A model generated the notes under the pieces. The model did not search any database, was not told the DNA's origin, and saw nothing but the letters and a program-made list of their open reading frames with translations. The translations under genes were made by a program, and so were the position numbers. A stretch of DNA of 63,561 nucleotides, the filler included, from Octopus bimaculoides (taxonomy: Eukaryota), in the NCBI RefSeq assembly GCF_001194135.2. It is 8 parts of 7 records of this genome, joined end to end, with 100 filler letters (N's around TTAATTAATTAA, not from the genome) between each part and the next. Parts side by side here need not be neighbours in the genome. Positions count along the whole stretch, not along the records: positions 54,847 to 61,678 come from NC_068996.1; positions 61,779 to 63,561 come from NC_068996.1; 6 more parts are not named here. One strand, written 5' to 3'. This document shows positions 61,671-63,561 of this stretch, piece after piece. Numbering within the stretch: the first letter of the stretch is position 1; each line of letters starts with the position of its first letter.

Positions 61671-61778
61671 TATATATANNNNNNNNNNNNNNNNNNNNNN
61701 NNNNNNNNNNNNNNNNNNNNNNTTAATTAATTAANNNNNNNNNNNNNNNNNNNNNNNNNNNNNNNNNNNNNNNNNNNN

Positions 61779-61779
61779 A

Positions 61780-61810
<31 letters not shown>

Positions 61811-61835
61811 GATGGTGATGATGATGGTGATGATA
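61779..61835. repeat. (GAT)n microsatellite
   Basis: Read directly from the sequence. Confidence 0.9.
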
Positions 61836-63529
61836 CGGATGGTTCTTCGCTATTGGACACAAAGCCCGCAAAGATGCGGAGATTTACATAAGTACGTAAG
61901 CATTAAGAAAAACAACATAACAAAATTCCCCAATTTTGGAGAAACGCCACCCGTGGTTGACCAAAGAATCCCTTAGATCTCCAGTCACCCTATTCACTAG
62001 GAGTACCACAACAAGTACTCTAATCTCCTTCGTACTTTTCGGACTACGGGCGCTTGTTAAGAGATGGTCAATTCATTTCAGTCTATTCTCGCCAGTCACA
62101 CACTTTTTTTTTTTTACAATTTACTTCGTGAGAGCAACACCGCCTTCTCCACCTTCAGTTTTCTAAACAAAGAGGAGTTTGAAAAAATGTTCTTAACAAC
62201 AACAACAACAATAGCCACAGCAACAAGAAAAGGGTCACAGTTTTANNNNNNNNNNNNNNNNNNNNNNNNNNNNNNNNNNNNNNNNNNNNNNNNNNNNNNN
62301 NNNNNNNNNNNNNNNNNNNNNNNNNNNNNNNNNNNNNNNNNNNNNNNNNNNNNNNNNNNNNNNNNNNNNNNNNNNNNNNNNNNNNNNNNNNNNNNNNNNN
62401 NNNNNNNNNNNNNNNNNNNNNNNNNNNNNNNNNNNNNNNNNNNNNNNNNNNNNNNNNNNNNNNNNNNNNNNNNNNNNNNNNNNNNNNNNNNNNNNNNNNN
62501 NNNNNNNNNNNNNNNNNNNNNNNNNNNNNNNNNNNNNNNNNNNNNNNNNNNNNNNNNNNNNNNNNNNNNNNNNNNNNNNNNNNNNNNNNNNNNNNNNNNN
62601 NNNNNNNNNNNNNNNNNNNNNNNNNNNNNNNNNNNNNNNNNNNNNNNNNNNNNNNNNNNNNNNNNNNNNNNNNNNNNNNNNNNNNNNNNNNNNNNNNNNN
62701 NNNNNNNNNNNNNNNNNNNNNNNNNNNNNNNNNNNNNNNNNNNNNNNNNNNNNNNNNNNNNNNNNNNNNNNNNNNNNNNNNNCAACAACAACAACAATAG
62801 CCACAGCAACAAGAAAAGGGTCACAGTTTTATGAGATTAAAGTTATCAATGCGATATTAAATTGGTACTTATAAACGTAGAACTAACGTAGAACTATTGT
62901 TCAGATCAGTGGCCCTAATTTCTATTGACTAGCGATCAAACATTTCTTGAAAACCACTTGAATGCATCTACGACCTAATATAGTCAAGGACTCTAGTTGA
63001 TTAGATCTTATGGAGCGTGGGTGCGACTCTGCCAAGATGCAATTTCAGTTTCGAGACACGGTCTCAGGTCAAGTCTGTTGCCGAACAAGTACTACTCCGA
63101 AATGATTAAATTTATTAATGTTATGATATTTTCTAAAAAAATTAAACTGACACCGCCAACACATGTTTGTACTTGGAAATGATCTAATTTCATATTACAC
63201 ATATCTTTTTTCATTAATAATTCTTAATTCTTCAGTTTATGCTCGTACAGAAAAAAGAAATTAAATGAAATACTTGAATAACGAACTAAATTCACTTTGA
63301 TATACGCGGCCTTCATTCTTAATTCACTGTCACAATATTCTGGTTTCCCCCCCCCCNNNNNNNNNNNNNNNNNNNNNNNCCGAGAAATTTAGCTGATGCA
63401 AAATTTGACACCACAGCCACGAACTTTTTACATTCTAAAACTCTAGGAATGTAAATATGAATGGTATTCAAGGCGGCTGTTGGAGGCATTTTACAATTAT
63501 ATACATACATGCATACATACATACATGTA

Positions 63530-63561
<32 letters not shown>

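Noticed and set aside
62190-62832. Identical ~50-bp sequence on both sides of a gap (likewise 16140-16180 and 16191-16226)
   Set aside because: Most likely unmerged contig overlap, not a true duplication.
63044-63068. Minus-strand GAGAC-CGT-GTCTC-GAAAC, hammerhead-like
   Set aside because: No CUGANGA box lies upstream of the stem.

Overview
This window is repeat-dense, AT-rich eukaryotic genomic DNA from a gapped draft assembly. It is most likely an octopod cephalopod; that is an inference from recalled octopus-type tRNA-derived SINE families and the extreme microsatellite density. I find no intact protein-coding gene, true tRNA or rRNA gene, or CRISPR array. It is mostly decayed mobile elements. 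The non-LTR retrotransposons are two L1/Tx1-like LINEs (one near full length), R4/Dong-like copies in (TAA)n tracts, two CRE-like endonuclease fragments, two RTE-clade LINEs and two CR1-like LINEs. There are many SINEs and a probable solo LTR nested in a MULE/SWIM-like transposase remnant. DNA-element remnants include Tc1, mariner, DD41D, Helitron-type termini, several MITE and hairpin elements, and a 1.57-kb foldback-like element. The most notable non-obvious signals are: two minimal hammerhead-ribozyme motifs (4221-4263 plus strand, 51625-51656 minus strand); a reconstructable nested insertion series at 8.5-11.1 kb; a mariner derivative built from two inverted 5' ends; a 3' tail shared by the CR1-like LINEs and a composite SINE; an RTE reverse transcriptase followed directly by a PHD-type finger; and weak, speculative traces of host coding sequence on the minus strand. 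All family assignments come from motif recognition by eye, without database searches. Element boundaries are approximate unless terminal motifs are quoted.
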